Shown here: piece by piece, positions 1-12,878 of the stretch
How the letters are laid out: every line of letters begins with the position of its first letter
How positions within the stretch are numbered: the first letter of the stretch is position 1
DNA from: Anaeromyxobacter sp.
GTDB taxonomy: Bacteria > Myxococcota > Myxococcia > Myxococcales > Anaeromyxobacteraceae
Direction: 5' to 3'
NCBI GenBank assembly: GCA_049840735.1
Contig: JASGJN010000014.1
Location: 96,001-160,000, forward strand
DNA: 64,000 nucleotides
The notes under the pieces: model-generated
Databases searched by the model: none
What the model saw: the letters and a program-made list of their open reading frames with translations, nothing else
What the model was told of the DNA's origin: nothing
Program-made: the position numbers and the translations under genes

Positions 1-2
1 TC

Positions 3-524
3 AGCGACTTCCCTGCGCTGAACCGGCTGCTGCGGCGCGCGTACCAGTTCGCCCGAACCCTTCCGCAGGGACTTCTGCACGAGTTCGAGCAGAAGATAGC
101 CGGGATGCCGAGGCGGACCGAAGCCGAGCGGCTGGTCATCCAGCGCGTTGGCCAGGACGTGTTTCGCAATGGACTACTCGAGTACTGGGAGGGCAGGTGC
201 GCTATCACTGGCCTCGCGGTACCGGAGCTCCTCCGCGCGAGCCACATCAAGCCTTGGGCCGACTGCGAAACGGACGCCGAGCGGCTCGATGTCTTCAACG
301 GATTGCTGCTCGCGCCGCACGTCGATGCAGCATTCGATGCAGGCTTCGTCACATTCGCGGACGATGGTGCTGTGATCGTTTCGTCGGCGCTGGGCATGGC
401 CGAGCAAGCCGTGCTGGGCCTGCAGCTCCCGCTAAAGCTTCAACGCGTTGAGCCAGCGCACCTGGAGTACTTGTCATTCCATCGGAGGAACGTGTTCCGA
501 GTGCAGGACGTGAGGGGCACCTGA
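3..524 (+). CDS. HNH endonuclease (5' partial; frame open to window start)
   Basis: RCAITG...LRASHIKPW...NGLLLAPHVDAAFD HNH motif; no in-frame stop upstream of 105. Confidence 0.85.
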   Translation, partial: SDFPALNRLLRRAYQFARTLPQGLLHEFEQKIAGMPRRTEAERLVIQRVGQDVFRNGLLEYWEGRCAITGLAVPELLRASHIKPWADCETDAERLDVFNGLLLAPHVDAAFDAGFVTFADDGAVIVSSALGMAEQAVLGLQLPLKLQRVEPAHLEYLSFHRRNVFRVQDVRGT

Positions 525-587
525 TCGTGGTCGCCATCGAGGCTCCAGCAAGGATACGCTGCCGTTAGCCCGATCGCCTGAGGTCCT

Positions 588-1823
588 ATGTACATTGAGC
601 GCATATCGCTTACGAACTTCCGTTCTTTTGGTCCGACCGAAGAATCGATCGCGCTATCGTCGAACGTTACTGCCTGCGTCGGAGGAAACGGATCAGGCAA
701 GACAGCGCTGATGCATGCTCTTCTTCGCATGTTCGGCGTAACGGCCGACCAACGCCGGGTGCGAAGGCACGACTTCCACGTTCCCGCGGACGAAGCGGAT
801 GCACCGCACCAACGCAAGCTGAGCATCGAGACGGTGCTTGCATTTCCAGAGCTCGCCGCGGGGAAGCAGACGCAGGCCGTGCCCGAGTTCTTCAACCAGA
901 TGGCGGCCGACGATCAGGGGACTCTGCGCGCTCGGCTGAGGCTTGAGGCTACGTGGACAGACGACAACTCGGTCGATGGAGTTGTCGAAACGCGGCTTTT
1001 CGCGGTTAAGACCTTCGAACCCAACTTCAAGGAAGAAGACTGCGTCGACATCAGAGCTCACGATCGAGCCCGCATCCAGGTCATCTACGTGCCCGCGGTA
1101 CGTGATGCCGCGTCGCATCTCTCAGCATTCCTTCGAGGTCGTCTGTGGCGAGCCATCGCGTGGTCGGAACCGGTTCGCACGGCGCTCGGTGACGCGGGAG
1201 AGCAACTCAACGATGCTTTCGCGGACGAGCCTGCGGTGGGCCTCATCGCCAAGCGCCTTGAAACGAGATGGCGAGAAGTGCACACGGCAGCAACGGACGC
1301 AATCCCGACATTCCGCCCTGTCGACGTGCGCCTGCCTGAGTTCATCAGAAAGGTTGACGTCGTCTTCACGCCAGACGAGGCCGGACGCGACAGGAGCCTC
1401 GAGGATCTGAGCGACGGCCAGCGATCACTGTTCCACGTTGCGATGACGGCGGCCACGCTTGACGTCGAGGCAGACCTCGCTGCCGGTGCAGCAAAGGGCT
1501 TTCAGCCGGGCGGGGTGTCTCTTCCTGCATTGACGATCCTGACGGTTGAAGAGCCCGAGAACACCCTGTCTCCGTTCTTCCTGTCGCGCATCATCCACCA
1601 GATCCTCGACTTGACATCTGGCTCTCGAGCCCAGGCGATCATATCGAGCCATTCGGCAAGCATTCTCGCTCGTGTCGATGCGAGTGAAGTTCGGTACTTC
1701 CGATTGGACGCCACGACTCGCACTTCTCGGGTCAGAGGCATCACACTTCCAGTGGGTCAGGAAGAAGCTGCGAAGTTCGTTAGGGAAGCCGTCCAAACCT
1801 ATCCTGAACTCTACTTCGCCAAC
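588..1823 (+). pseudogene. OLD-family/GajA-like ATP-dependent endonuclease, truncated before the TOPRIM domain by a transposon
   Basis: Walker A GGNGSGKT, LSDGQRS signature, Walker B VEEPE, SSHS; ends at YPELYFAN where TOPRIM normally starts and where the transposon end TG(1824) begins. Confidence 0.8.
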
Positions 1824-1966
1824 TGTTGCCGCGCAGCCTGATTGGTGGGAATCCCGTCAGCATGGTTGGTGGGCACCACCTGCCTGACAGGGGCGCGCGC
1901 AGCTAAGCCGAGGGCCATCGCTGGCTTGGCAGGGTCGCGTGCACGCAGGGTGATGGCTACACCGCG

Positions 1967-2356
1967 TCAGAGGAGCGGAAGCTGCCGGGCCGGCATCGCC
2001 GGCGTGAGAGGGCGCAGATGTGCGCGCCAGGCCGGGACGATCCGCAGGCGGGCCAGCAGGGCCGCAGCGCGGACCGGGTCGCGGATGCCGGCGGCGGCCA
2101 GGAGCGCTGCTGCGAGCTGGTCGTCCAAGATCCAGACGGCGATGCCGCGGCGAGCGGCCTGGGCGAGGAGCGGATTGGCCTGGGCCAGCGCGGCGGTGGC
2201 GACCAGCTCGGCGCCGGCGTGGGCGAGGTACTCCAGCAGGCCGAATCGGGCGTCGTCGGTGCCCGCGGCGCGGACCGTGCGGCGGGGCTCGCCCCGGTCG
2301 CCGACCAGGACGGCCACGAGGTGCCGGCGGGCCGCCCACAGCCCGCAGACGATCAC
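1967..2356 (-). CDS. Small protein resembling an inactive IS110-type DEDD/RuvC-like domain
   Basis: IVCGLWAARRHLVAVLVGDRGE...GIAVWILDD...RDPVRAAALLARL pattern; GTGA overlap with the ATPase stop. Confidence 0.55.
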   Translation of the reverse strand: MIVCGLWAARRHLVAVLVGDRGEPRRTVRAAGTDDARFGLLEYLAHAGAELVATAALAQANPLLAQAARRGIAVWILDDQLAAALLAAAGIRDPVRAAALLARLRIVPAWRAHLRPLTPAMPARQLPLL

Positions 2357-3171
2357 GTGTCGCGCTCGAGGCGGTCGCGGTCCAAGACCCGGGGCAGGAT
2401 GTCCCGCTCGACCAACTTCCGCTTCCGCCGGGCGGCCTCGCGGAGGCAGCCGGTGGCGAGGCGGTCGAGATCCCGCATGCCGCCGGAGGCGGCCTCGTGG
2501 AGCAGGGCGACGGCGTCACCGGCGAAGATCTCGCGGTCCACGCCAGCCCGCTTGAGCCGGTAGCGGAGGTACTCCGCGGTGTCCTCCGGCGTGAGGGCGT
2601 CCACGTGCAGCCGGACGTGCAGGCGGGAGTACAGCGAGCGGTAGCGCCGCATCTGGAGCAGGTCGTTCAGTTCGGGCAGTCCCACCAGCATCAGCGACAG
2701 CAGCGCCCGGGAATCCCACTCGTAGTTGAGGAGGATGTGGAGGTGGCCCAGCATCTGCTCGTGGAGCAGGTGGGCCTCGTCGATGAGGAAGACGGGATGG
2801 ACGCGCTCCTTGGCCAGCTCCTCCACGTTGGTGGAGACCGCGTAGAAAACGGCGGCCGCGGTGGCGTGGGGCGACAGCCCCAGCGCCAGGCAGAGCTGGC
2901 GGTAGAAGTCGCGGCGGCCGAGGGTCGCGTTGTGGCAGTAGGTGAGCCGGAACCCGGCGGCCGGCAGCCTGGCCCGCAGGGCGCGAAGCACGCAGGTCTT
3001 GCCGACGCCCGGTTCGCCGGTGAGGAGCACCGACGCCCGGTCCTCGACGGCGTCCACCAGCTCCTCCACCACGGCGGCCTTGGACGTCGGCAGCCAGAGA
3101 TCCTGATCGGCGATCTCCTTCGAGAACGGCGGCTCCTGCAGCCCGAAGGCGGTCAGGTACGAGTCCTTCAT
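2353..3171 (-). CDS. ExeA-family AAA ATPase (transposition helper)
   Basis: FGLQEPPF N-terminus, GEPGVGKT, FLIDEAH, LVGLPEL. Confidence 0.9.
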   Translation of the reverse strand: MKDSYLTAFGLQEPPFSKEIADQDLWLPTSKAAVVEELVDAVEDRASVLLTGEPGVGKTCVLRALRARLPAAGFRLTYCHNATLGRRDFYRQLCLALGLSPHATAAAVFYAVSTNVEELAKERVHPVFLIDEAHLLHEQMLGHLHILLNYEWDSRALLSLMLVGLPELNDLLQMRRYRSLYSRLHVRLHVDALTPEDTAEYLRYRLKRAGVDREIFAGDAVALLHEAASGGMRDLDRLATGCLREAARRKRKLVERDILPRVLDRDRLERDT

Positions 3172-4526
3172 CGGTCGTCATCCTTGCGACGGCGGCCGGT
3201 GGCCGCGTCGAGCAGCGTCTGGGTGGGGTCGAAGTCGGTGGTGGTGGTCGGAGCCTCGCCAGGCCTGCGGGGCAGGCGTTTGCGGCGCGCGTTGGCGACC
3301 GGATCCACGGGGTGGAGATCGAGGCGCCGGCCCTCGTGCTCGATCCAGGGCGCGCCGTCGAGGAGCGAGTAGGCGAGCGTCACCACGCGGCCGGTGAGGA
3401 AGCCCTGGTCGAGCTCCCAGTCCTTGCCCATCACTGAGACGGTGGTGTCGCGGCGGACCCGGCGGCGTTCACGCACCGTCAGCGCCTCCCGCAGCTTGGC
3501 TTCGTCGAGGGTGTCCGCGAGGCGGGTCCGGGCGGCGTAGACCGTCCCCGGCGACCGTCCCATCAACGAGGCGTGCGGGGCCACGTGGTAGTGGCGGTCC
3601 ACGAACGCGAGGAGCCGCACCTCGACGTCGTGGAGCGAGGCCATGGGCGGCAGGTGGTCGAGACAGCCCTCCCGCAGCGTGCGCCAGAACCGCTCCATCT
3701 TCCCGCGGGCGGGCGCGTCGTACGGCTGGGCGTGGACGAGAGCAATCCCGAGCCGCGGGCACGCCGTCCGCAGCACCTCGCCGGTGTAGGTGGAGCCGTT
3801 GTCGAGGTAGAGGACGTCGGGCGCACCGTGCCGGCGCAGGGCCTTCACCAGCAGCTGCAGCATGTCGGCCTCGCGCTCGGTGTGGCGGGCCTCGATGGCC
3901 AGGATGTACCGGCTGGCGTCGTCCAAGAGCGCGTGGATCCGCAGCGGCCGGGACTGGCCGCCGATGGTCAGCGCCGGGCCGTGGCAGACGTCGGCGTGCC
4001 AGAGCGCGCCCGGCTCGGCCGCCTGCCAGCGGAGCCGGACCCGCTCGCCGGCGCCGTCGCGCAGTGGCACGCGGTCGAGGCCGTTGGCCTGGTAGAGGCG
4101 GCGGATGGTGGACTCCGACACGGCGTCCCGCTGCAGGCGCCCGTCGGCCACCAGGGTGCGCAGGATCAGGGGAACGGAGGCGGACGGGTGTTCGCGCCGG
4201 ATGTCGAGAAGCAGGGTCCGCTGGTCGGGCGAGAGCTCGCGGCCGTGGCCGCGATCCCCTCGAGGCGCCGGGCGCAGGGCGTCCAGGCCGCCGCGCTTGT
4301 AGGCGTAGAACCACCGCTCCAGCGTGGTGAACGAAATCGTCTTCGTGACCTCGGCCCCCGGCGGCCGGAAGCGCTCGGCGGATAGCGCCCTCAGCACTGC
4401 GCGCAGCTGTCCGTGGTCGAGATCGCGGCGGGTGAGCGCGCCAACCAGCTCCGCCCGGAACCTGGCCACCGCCTCTGCGTGGTCCCTCGGCGCGAGCTTG
4501 GGCGACTTCGGGGACGACTTCGTCAT
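3168..4526 (-). CDS. DDE-type integrase/transposase (rve, Mu-transposase-like C-terminus)
   Basis: LWHADVCHG, LDDASR, LYLDNGS, GKMERFWRT; GGAG RBS before ATG 4526. Confidence 0.9.
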   Translation of the reverse strand: MTKSSPKSPKLAPRDHAEAVARFRAELVGALTRRDLDHGQLRAVLRALSAERFRPPGAEVTKTISFTTLERWFYAYKRGGLDALRPAPRGDRGHGRELSPDQRTLLLDIRREHPSASVPLILRTLVADGRLQRDAVSESTIRRLYQANGLDRVPLRDGAGERVRLRWQAAEPGALWHADVCHGPALTIGGQSRPLRIHALLDDASRYILAIEARHTEREADMLQLLVKALRRHGAPDVLYLDNGSTYTGEVLRTACPRLGIALVHAQPYDAPARGKMERFWRTLREGCLDHLPPMASLHDVEVRLLAFVDRHYHVAPHASLMGRSPGTVYAARTRLADTLDEAKLREALTVRERRRVRRDTTVSVMGKDWELDQGFLTGRVVTLAYSLLDGAPWIEHEGRRLDLHPVDPVANARRKRLPRRPGEAPTTTTDFDPTQTLLDAATGRRRKDDDR

Positions 4527-4655
4527 CGGGCTCCTCCTCGGCCGGCCGCTGATCACCGCGCCCGCCGAGCGTGAGCCCTCCCACGTGGCCGCCGACGGGG
4601 GCAGGGATCGCGGATGGTGGGCGCGAGATCCCCAGCGCCGTCGCGGCGATGGCCC

Positions 4656-5283
4656 TCAGCTCACATGCGCGGCTCCGAGGAAGGCTCGTGTCGCGAGCGG
4701 GAGGCCGTCAGCAACCGACGGGGCCAGGGCCGCCAGCGTGGTCGCGGCGCGGGCGGCTATGGCGCGGAGGCAGGCTCCATCCGGCGCGGCGCGGACTTCC
4801 GGGAAGAGCTGCCCGGCGCGGATGGCCTTGGCCCAGCGCCGCAGCGAGGTCCAGCGTGTCGCCGCCGCCGCCCCGACAATCCGCCAAGGGCTGACGCGGG
4901 CCCGGACCGCGGCCGGCGTCTGCTGCTCCAGGCTCCAGACCGCGAGCGCCAGCGCGACCGCCGGCGCCGAGTAGAGCCGGCGCCGCTGGACGCCGCTGGG
5001 CACGACCAGGAGCACCGCTCCGCAGACCTGGCAGGCATACCGGCGGGCGATCACCTCGGTGACCTGGGGCGGCGCGGTCGCGTCGGGCGGGCCCCACTCG
5101 ATCCCGGCGCCGGACCCCGTGGCCGTGCAGCACCAGGCGACCACCGGCCGGCCGGCTACCAGCGCCGCAGCCGGTGCAGAGACCCGGACGCGCCTCGTCC
5201 ACGGTGGGGAGCTTGGCCGCCCAGGACTTGACGTCGATGCGGAAGTAGACGATTCGAGAACTGCTCTGGCTTCCTCCAAGCAA
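4656..5283 (-). CDS. Zn-ribbon/HTH accessory protein of the transposon (DUF6431-like), frameshift near 5100
   Basis: CTGC...HGHG in one frame continues as RRYACQVC...RRRLYSAPAV...SLRRW in another. Confidence 0.55.
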
Positions 5284-5453
5284 GTAAGTCAGGGCACGAC
5301 GGGGTGCGTGTTTGCGGCACGCCCCCGTCACCTATTTGTGGTCAGCGACGCGCCAGCGCCCCGCCTCCACCTAAACCGACTACCATCACCGTGAGTGACC
5401 GCCAGTTTGCAGGCTGGGCGGCGGGCACCTACATGGCGCTGCCGGCCCGCCCG

Positions 5454-5885
5454 TCAGCCAGCCTGCGCGAAATCCGGCCTCCGACCCTCAACAGGCTCGC
5501 GCGCTAACACATCCCAGCGCGCAGCGCCGCCGTAGGCGTTAACCATCCAGAGCTCGCCACCAGGTGCAGCGGCCAGGGCGCCGCTTCCAAGGGATCCGCT
5601 GGCCGCCGAGGCATTCTCGACGCAGAAGCCGCTGATGCACGGGATGTCGCCACTCGTCACTGCTCTCGCCAGCGGGAACGCCATCGTTCTGGCCGCGCAT
5701 GATCCCTCCGTCGCGGCCGGCAGAGGATGCGCGTTGACGGCGGGAGCTGAGGGGAGACAGGCCGGTTCTCCCCCGCCTGACGGGTCGCCTGGAGAAGTCT
5801 CCGTGGTGTTACCGGCGCTGCACCCGGCCAGCCATGCACTGATGAGCAGGGTTGGCAGTTCTGCGTTCCTGAGCGTGAGCACGCA
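5454..5885 (-). CDS. Putative Cys-containing lipoprotein (fragment?)
   Basis: Lipobox-like LLISAWLAGC followed by low-complexity linker; start uncertain. Confidence 0.3.
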   Translation of the reverse strand, partial: CVLTLRNAELPTLLISAWLAGCSAGNTTETSPGDPSGGGEPACLPSAPAVNAHPLPAATEGSCAARTMAFPLARAVTSGDIPCISGFCVENASAASGSLGSGALAAAPGGELWMVNAYGGAARWDVLAREPVEGRRPDFAQAG

Positions 5886-6616
5886 CAAAGGTTGAGGGGT
5901 TTCCGGCGTGCGCGGCCCTCCCCAAATCGGGATCGACCCGATCATCTCGACATGCGAAGCGCAGGCTCGCCCGATCGGCAGCCCAGCAAGCACGTGAGAC
6001 ACCAGCCGGCTTCTCCAGGCCGGCCACCCAAAATCGGCTCCGGCGCGGGTAGTCCAGTGGCCGCGCCGGAACCCAGCTCACGGTGCCTGCGTGACCTGGT
6101 GTTGAGCAACGAAGCAAATCCGGGGATCGCTGGGCCCTTCGGCGTACGCAGCACTCATTCGAGAGAACGTCCAGCGTCATCCGCCCGCACGTATGCCCCA
6201 CGCACCTCCCGCTGCTCTCGGCGTTATCGCACCTGGAGTGGCGGGGCGTCCCTGTTCACAGAAACCGCCGCGAGTGTGTCTGTATGAACGGGGAGAGCCC
6301 CGGAGCCGCAGGTCCTCCCCAAGGCGGGCAACTAGTGAATGTCCCACGGGGAGGCAGGCGAATTGAGGAGTTCGGTTTTCAGCCTCGCGCTGCTGCCCGG
6401 CCACGCCCGGCTTGAGGGATGTTCCGTAGCGCGCGAGAGGGAGCCCAACTCAGCCGCCTGTGATCGGACGCGCATCAAGAGCGCCGCGGCTCGATGCGGC
6501 AGTCTAGCAAGTGCTTCACGGTTCGTAAGAGTGAGGTGTCGGTGTTGCGCGCCGGCCGCGTGCGCACTCAGGCGTGCGCAGCTGGTCGCGGGATAAGAAG
6601 TGGATCGGGGGCGCGC

Positions 6617-7009
6617 ATGAACCGGCAGTCTCTCCTGTTGATCGTGCTCCTCGCCGTCGCAGCTGCGGCGTGCGATGGCTCGAGCTCTTCGCGGTGCCTG
6701 ACGATCGTAGCGGAATACCAGGCCAGCCTACCCGACGCGCTCACCTGCGAGCTTTCCTCGGAGGCGTGCAGCACGGGGCGTCCGCTCGTCATGGGGCAAG
6801 AAAACCCTGACGGCTCGATCGAGCTGGAGGGGCTCTGCCTTCCGCCCTGCTACGGCGCAGTGAATCCGAATCGGGTCGCTGAGCTCGACCACCTACTGGC
6901 CGAGTTCGAGGCGGAGAACTGTCAGTACAAAGGATGCTGGTGCCCGCCAGCGCACACGATGCCGCCGGAGTGCAGGGACACCGGCTGCTTTGGCCTCCTT
7001 CCGCCTTGA
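6617..7009 (+). CDS. Cys-rich lipoprotein
   Basis: MNRQSLLLIVLLAVAAAAC lipoprotein signal; many Cys in the mature part. Confidence 0.65.
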   Translation: MNRQSLLLIVLLAVAAAACDGSSSSRCLTIVAEYQASLPDALTCELSSEACSTGRPLVMGQENPDGSIELEGLCLPPCYGAVNPNRVAELDHLLAEFEAENCQYKGCWCPPAHTMPPECRDTGCFGLLPP

Positions 7010-7462
7010 ACGCGCCGCTAGAGAGCTCAACCGCGAAAGGATAGAGCGCCTCCGGGACGGGGCTACCATGAATGAAACGGGTTAAGGTGCTTGGCGTTGC
7101 TGGCGACCGCAGGGGCGTGCGGAACCGACTCTCCTAAGGAAGCCTGTCTTCGGACCTACTGCCGCCCGGGTGCGGTTCCGAGGGGAAGTGCGGCGGTCTT
7201 CTGCCTCCCGAGTAAGAATGACGGCCTCGGGGCTCCATGCTCCCGCTGCAGGTCGCTCCGTCCTGTAGGCGACGCCTCGTCGGGCAGCCAACGTTAGTCA
7301 GCGGGAACTCACACGGCGTGGTCCCTTGCGCCGGCCGAGGGCTGGCGCGGATGCGCAACGGCTGCTTCGGCTGACCTCGTTATGCTCAGGTACTGCAGCG
7401 GGAACGCTATGCCAAACGCGAAGCGCCAGCCCCCGCAGCACATAGGGCAGGTCTGCGCATAA

Positions 7463-9635
<2,173 letters not shown>

Positions 9636-9871
9636 GGGTGTCGGGGGCGCTCTCCTGGAGGCATGGATCCGCGCACTCCGGGCTGCTGGCCACGCATCAG
9701 CTTCTTTGACCGTCAGCCTGGCGAACCCGACCGCCCTGCGGATGTACCAGCGCGCAGGATTCACGCGCATCCTTTCGGACGCCCGGCGCACAATCATGCG
9801 GTGGGATGCACCAGCACCGGGCTAGACCCCGGCTGACTCCACCGCCCTCGCAAACAGCCACCTCCCTGCCC

Positions 9872-10207
9872 GTGACACTCATCGTCGACATCCGAGACTG
9901 GCTGGACGAGCGCGGCTCTCTCCCGCTGGCTCCGCCTCGACTCCGCAGCAGCGCGCTGCGCATCGCTACTTTCATCGAGTACGGCGGGACAGTCCCGCAG
10001 CTCGAGGGCCGCGAGACGATGGTGCCCTGCAAGCAGCGCCCACGGCGCAAGCCATGCCTCGGCCTGATGTGGGTGATGAAGCGCAGCGACGATCGCATCC
10101 AGGCCTTCTGCATGTTCTGCAGAAACACCGAGGCGATCATCTCAGGCTGGCAGGGCACCGAGTGGGCCGAGGGGCCCATGGAGCCCGCGCCCATGACCGA
10201 CGACTGA
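9872..10207 (+). CDS. Hypothetical protein, probable Zn-binding
   Basis: CKQRPRRKPC...CMFC motif; GC3-rich coding frame. Confidence 0.55.
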   Translation: MTLIVDIRDWLDERGSLPLAPPRLRSSALRIATFIEYGGTVPQLEGRETMVPCKQRPRRKPCLGLMWVMKRSDDRIQAFCMFCRNTEAIISGWQGTEWAEGPMEPAPMTDD

Positions 10208-10324
10208 GGGGACCGGGTCTCCCGGATCACCGGTGGAACAGGGCGCTTTGGAAGTCGTTGGCGACGTCTGGCCGCGGCACGTCCGTATCCAGAGTTGAAT
10301 GAACTCCCAACAGGAAGGTGTCCG

Positions 10325-11170
10325 ATGATCTCGCTGACCGAGCTGCTGTCATCCCGGGGGTTCCGCAACCTCGAACGCACGAAGATCGTCCGTCACCAGG
10401 ATCATCGGGTCGACATGCGGATGCTGCGGAGGCGCGGGCTTTTCGAGTTCTACCAGCGCACGCAGGCCAAGGACGTCTTCAACTGCGACCAGATCGTGTC
10501 GTTCATCGGGGACGAGAACCGACGCGCGATCTTCTGCGGCATTTTCGGGGTCGATGGAAAGCGGCAGATCGAGCCCGGAGCCCGTCTCAAGGTTCCACCC
10601 GGTTTCCCTGTGGAGCTCCTTGAGGGAGCCACGCTCCTTTACGAACTCAGGGAGCTGTCCGGCTTCGAGGCGCTTGAGGATCGGGTGGTGATCGACTGGG
10701 GCGACGCCCCGCTCTCATGGGCCCAGTGGTACAAGGACCGCGAAATCGTCGAGGTTCTTCCGGCCGGGTACGTGATGGACTGGCCGGGCTATCACCAGGT
10801 TCGGCTCGCCTTCCAAGACTTGCGGGCCATCGCCGCGAACGAGGCAGCGAACCGCGAGTGGGTCCGCCGCCTGAGCTCCGTCGCCGGCGTTTACTGTATC
10901 CTCCACACGAGAACCGGGGAGCTCTACATCGGCGCGGCCTGCGGCAAGGAGGGACTGTGGGGGCGCTGGCGAACGTACGCTTCGACCGTTCACGGCGGGA
11001 ACGTGCTTCTGCAGTCGCGCAGTGAGACCGTGGCCGGTTTCGCGGACGACTTGGTGTTCTCGATCCTCCAGACGCTCCCGAGCGGATCCAGCAAGGACGA
11101 AGTCGTCGCGGCCGAGTCCTGCATGAAGGAGAAGCTCGGCGCCCGAGCGTTCGGGCTTAACGCGAACTGA
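10325..11170 (+). CDS. GIY-YIG nuclease family protein
   Basis: GVYCILHTRTGELYIG...GRWRTY...HGGN...E..K..LG..GLNAN. Confidence 0.85.
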   Translation: MISLTELLSSRGFRNLERTKIVRHQDHRVDMRMLRRRGLFEFYQRTQAKDVFNCDQIVSFIGDENRRAIFCGIFGVDGKRQIEPGARLKVPPGFPVELLEGATLLYELRELSGFEALEDRVVIDWGDAPLSWAQWYKDREIVEVLPAGYVMDWPGYHQVRLAFQDLRAIAANEAANREWVRRLSSVAGVYCILHTRTGELYIGAACGKEGLWGRWRTYASTVHGGNVLLQSRSETVAGFADDLVFSILQTLPSGSSKDEVVAAESCMKEKLGARAFGLNAN

Positions 11171-11519
11171 GAGGACCTGCTGCGCACTCCTCGAATGGCG
11201 GGGCTGCCAGCCTCGGCTCGGAGTCACGCCGGCGTCCTCTTGGGCCGCGGAGCGGTCCGGTCGTTCCCAGTACCCGTGCCGCGCAGGAGTCTTGCGTCAC
11301 GTTCCGAGGCGCGTGGTAGCCTCCGCGCCGAAGGGCGCGGTTAAGCGGGCTCGGCGATTGCTGGAGACGGCCCTGCGTGTGCGTGGCGCCCCCGGGTTCG
11401 TGCACCGGCCCATGCCGATCCCGGGTTCCGGGGCAAGCCGATCGCTGAACGCGGCGGCATCTGAGGCTGCTTTCCGCGGCAGTGCTGACGGCCGGCCCCG
11501 TCCGGTGGCGCGGCCAGTC

Positions 11520-11700
11520 TCAGCGACGCTGCGGCAGGCACACCACGCCGGCGAGAACACCCTTATCGAGATCAGTGGCAGCGGTCTGGACGCCGGGGAC
11601 GCGATGACCGGCGATCCGATGAAGGCGGTGCTCTTGGTCGCGGTGCTGGGCGCGTCGGACCTGACCTACGCCGAACCCATGCTCCACCAGGACTGCGGGC
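11520..11700 (+). pseudogene. Degenerate IS21 istA fragment
   Basis: LRQAHHAGE...TGD...LLVAVLGASDLTYAE resembles the IstA MRQxHxxGE...FVAVLGASxxTYAE motif. Confidence 0.6.
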
Positions 11701-12461
11701 CCGGTAGCTCGCGCAGCAACGCCATCACCTTCCGCGAACGCGGGCCTGTCAAGCCGGTTATGGCCACCGGCTCGGCTGCGCGCGCCCCGGTCAGGAGGGT
11801 GGTGGCCACCAACCAGGCTGACGGGGTCCCCACCCATCAGGCCGCGCGGCAACCGTAGGGACGCAGCGCCCCGCAGCACTCGGCCGGCGCGCCACCTACC
11901 CCCGGCGGATCGCGCAAGGCGTCGGCGCCTCTCACCTGGTCGTTGCGCCCGCACGACTGAGCCCGCCGCCGTAGCGCACCTGCCACAAGCCTGGCGGGAT
12001 GCCCGGCTCCTGCCCCGGGGCGGGCAGGAGCGAATACAACGAACGCCAGGGGAAACCCCAGGTACACACAGTTACGCTACCCGCACGAACTCCATCCGTG
12101 CCTCGCGCCACCTGAGGTGCGCGACACCGTGCTGCTCGGCCAGCTCGTCGAGTCTCGGCCCGACGGCTCCGGCGAGTTGATGAACCAGCTGAGGGTCCCT
12201 GTGCTCCTCGCAGACCAGGAGCGGGACGATGAGTACGACCGTGCGGGTACCGTCCGGCACCACGAGCCGAGGCTGCCAGACCGCCGCGTTCGCGCTACCA
12301 ACCTTGGCGCACTTGGACACGGACGCACGGTCGTTCGCCGCCTGGTCGCTGCCTACCGAGAGCGTTGGGGATCCCCTCTCGGCCCCGGGTCCTATGCCCG
12401 GGTCCGCCATGGTTCCTGGGCTCGGTCGCGATGCACCGCTGCAGTAGGCTACTATTTGAAG

Positions 12462-12668
12462 ATGGGCAAGAAGGGCCACAAGCCGGACGAGCTGGAGAAC
12501 GACCCGCTCTTCCAGGAGATCCAGCGCGAGAAGCAGGCCGCGCGAGACCGCGATCAGCAGGACGTGGCGTCGGGGCGGAGGTCAGTTGAAGAGGTGAACC
12601 GCAGGAACAACCTTTTTTACGGTCTCCGCTTGCGGGTCGACCTCAAGAGCGCCAAGCGACTGTGGTAG
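12462..12668 (+). CDS. Small hypothetical protein
   Basis: 68-aa MGKKGHKPDELENDP... with coding-like codon bias. Confidence 0.5.
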   Translation: MGKKGHKPDELENDPLFQEIQREKQAARDRDQQDVASGRRSVEEVNRRNNLFYGLRLRVDLKSAKRLW

Positions 12669-12878
12669 CAGGCAGGCTCCCGGGCGTCTCTGACGGCCCA
12701 GGACCGCCCTCGCGCCGGACACGCGCCGCCTCAGAGCCGATCAAGCATGGGTTCAGGAGCACGACCCCGTCGGGCGCGCCCTCACACCCGATTCCTCACA
12801 GGTCCTGCGGAACCGCTGATCGGTCCTCGCCAGACCGCCGCCGCCGACCCCGGCGGCGGCGCGTCAGGCGAGGTGCCG

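Larger units (their letters stand above)
1824..5427 (-). mobile_element. Four-gene DDE(rve/Mu-like) transposase + ExeA-like AAA ATPase transposon
   Basis: Imperfect terminal IRs TGTTGCCGCGCAGCCTG / TGCCCGCCGCCCAGCCTG (rc); co-oriented genes, the last three overlapping; flanks CCAAC / CCTAC. Confidence 0.75.

Noticed and set aside
3..1841. Septu (PtuAB) call
   Set aside because: Gene order is HNH then ATPase, and the ATPase looks like a truncated OLD/TOPRIM type
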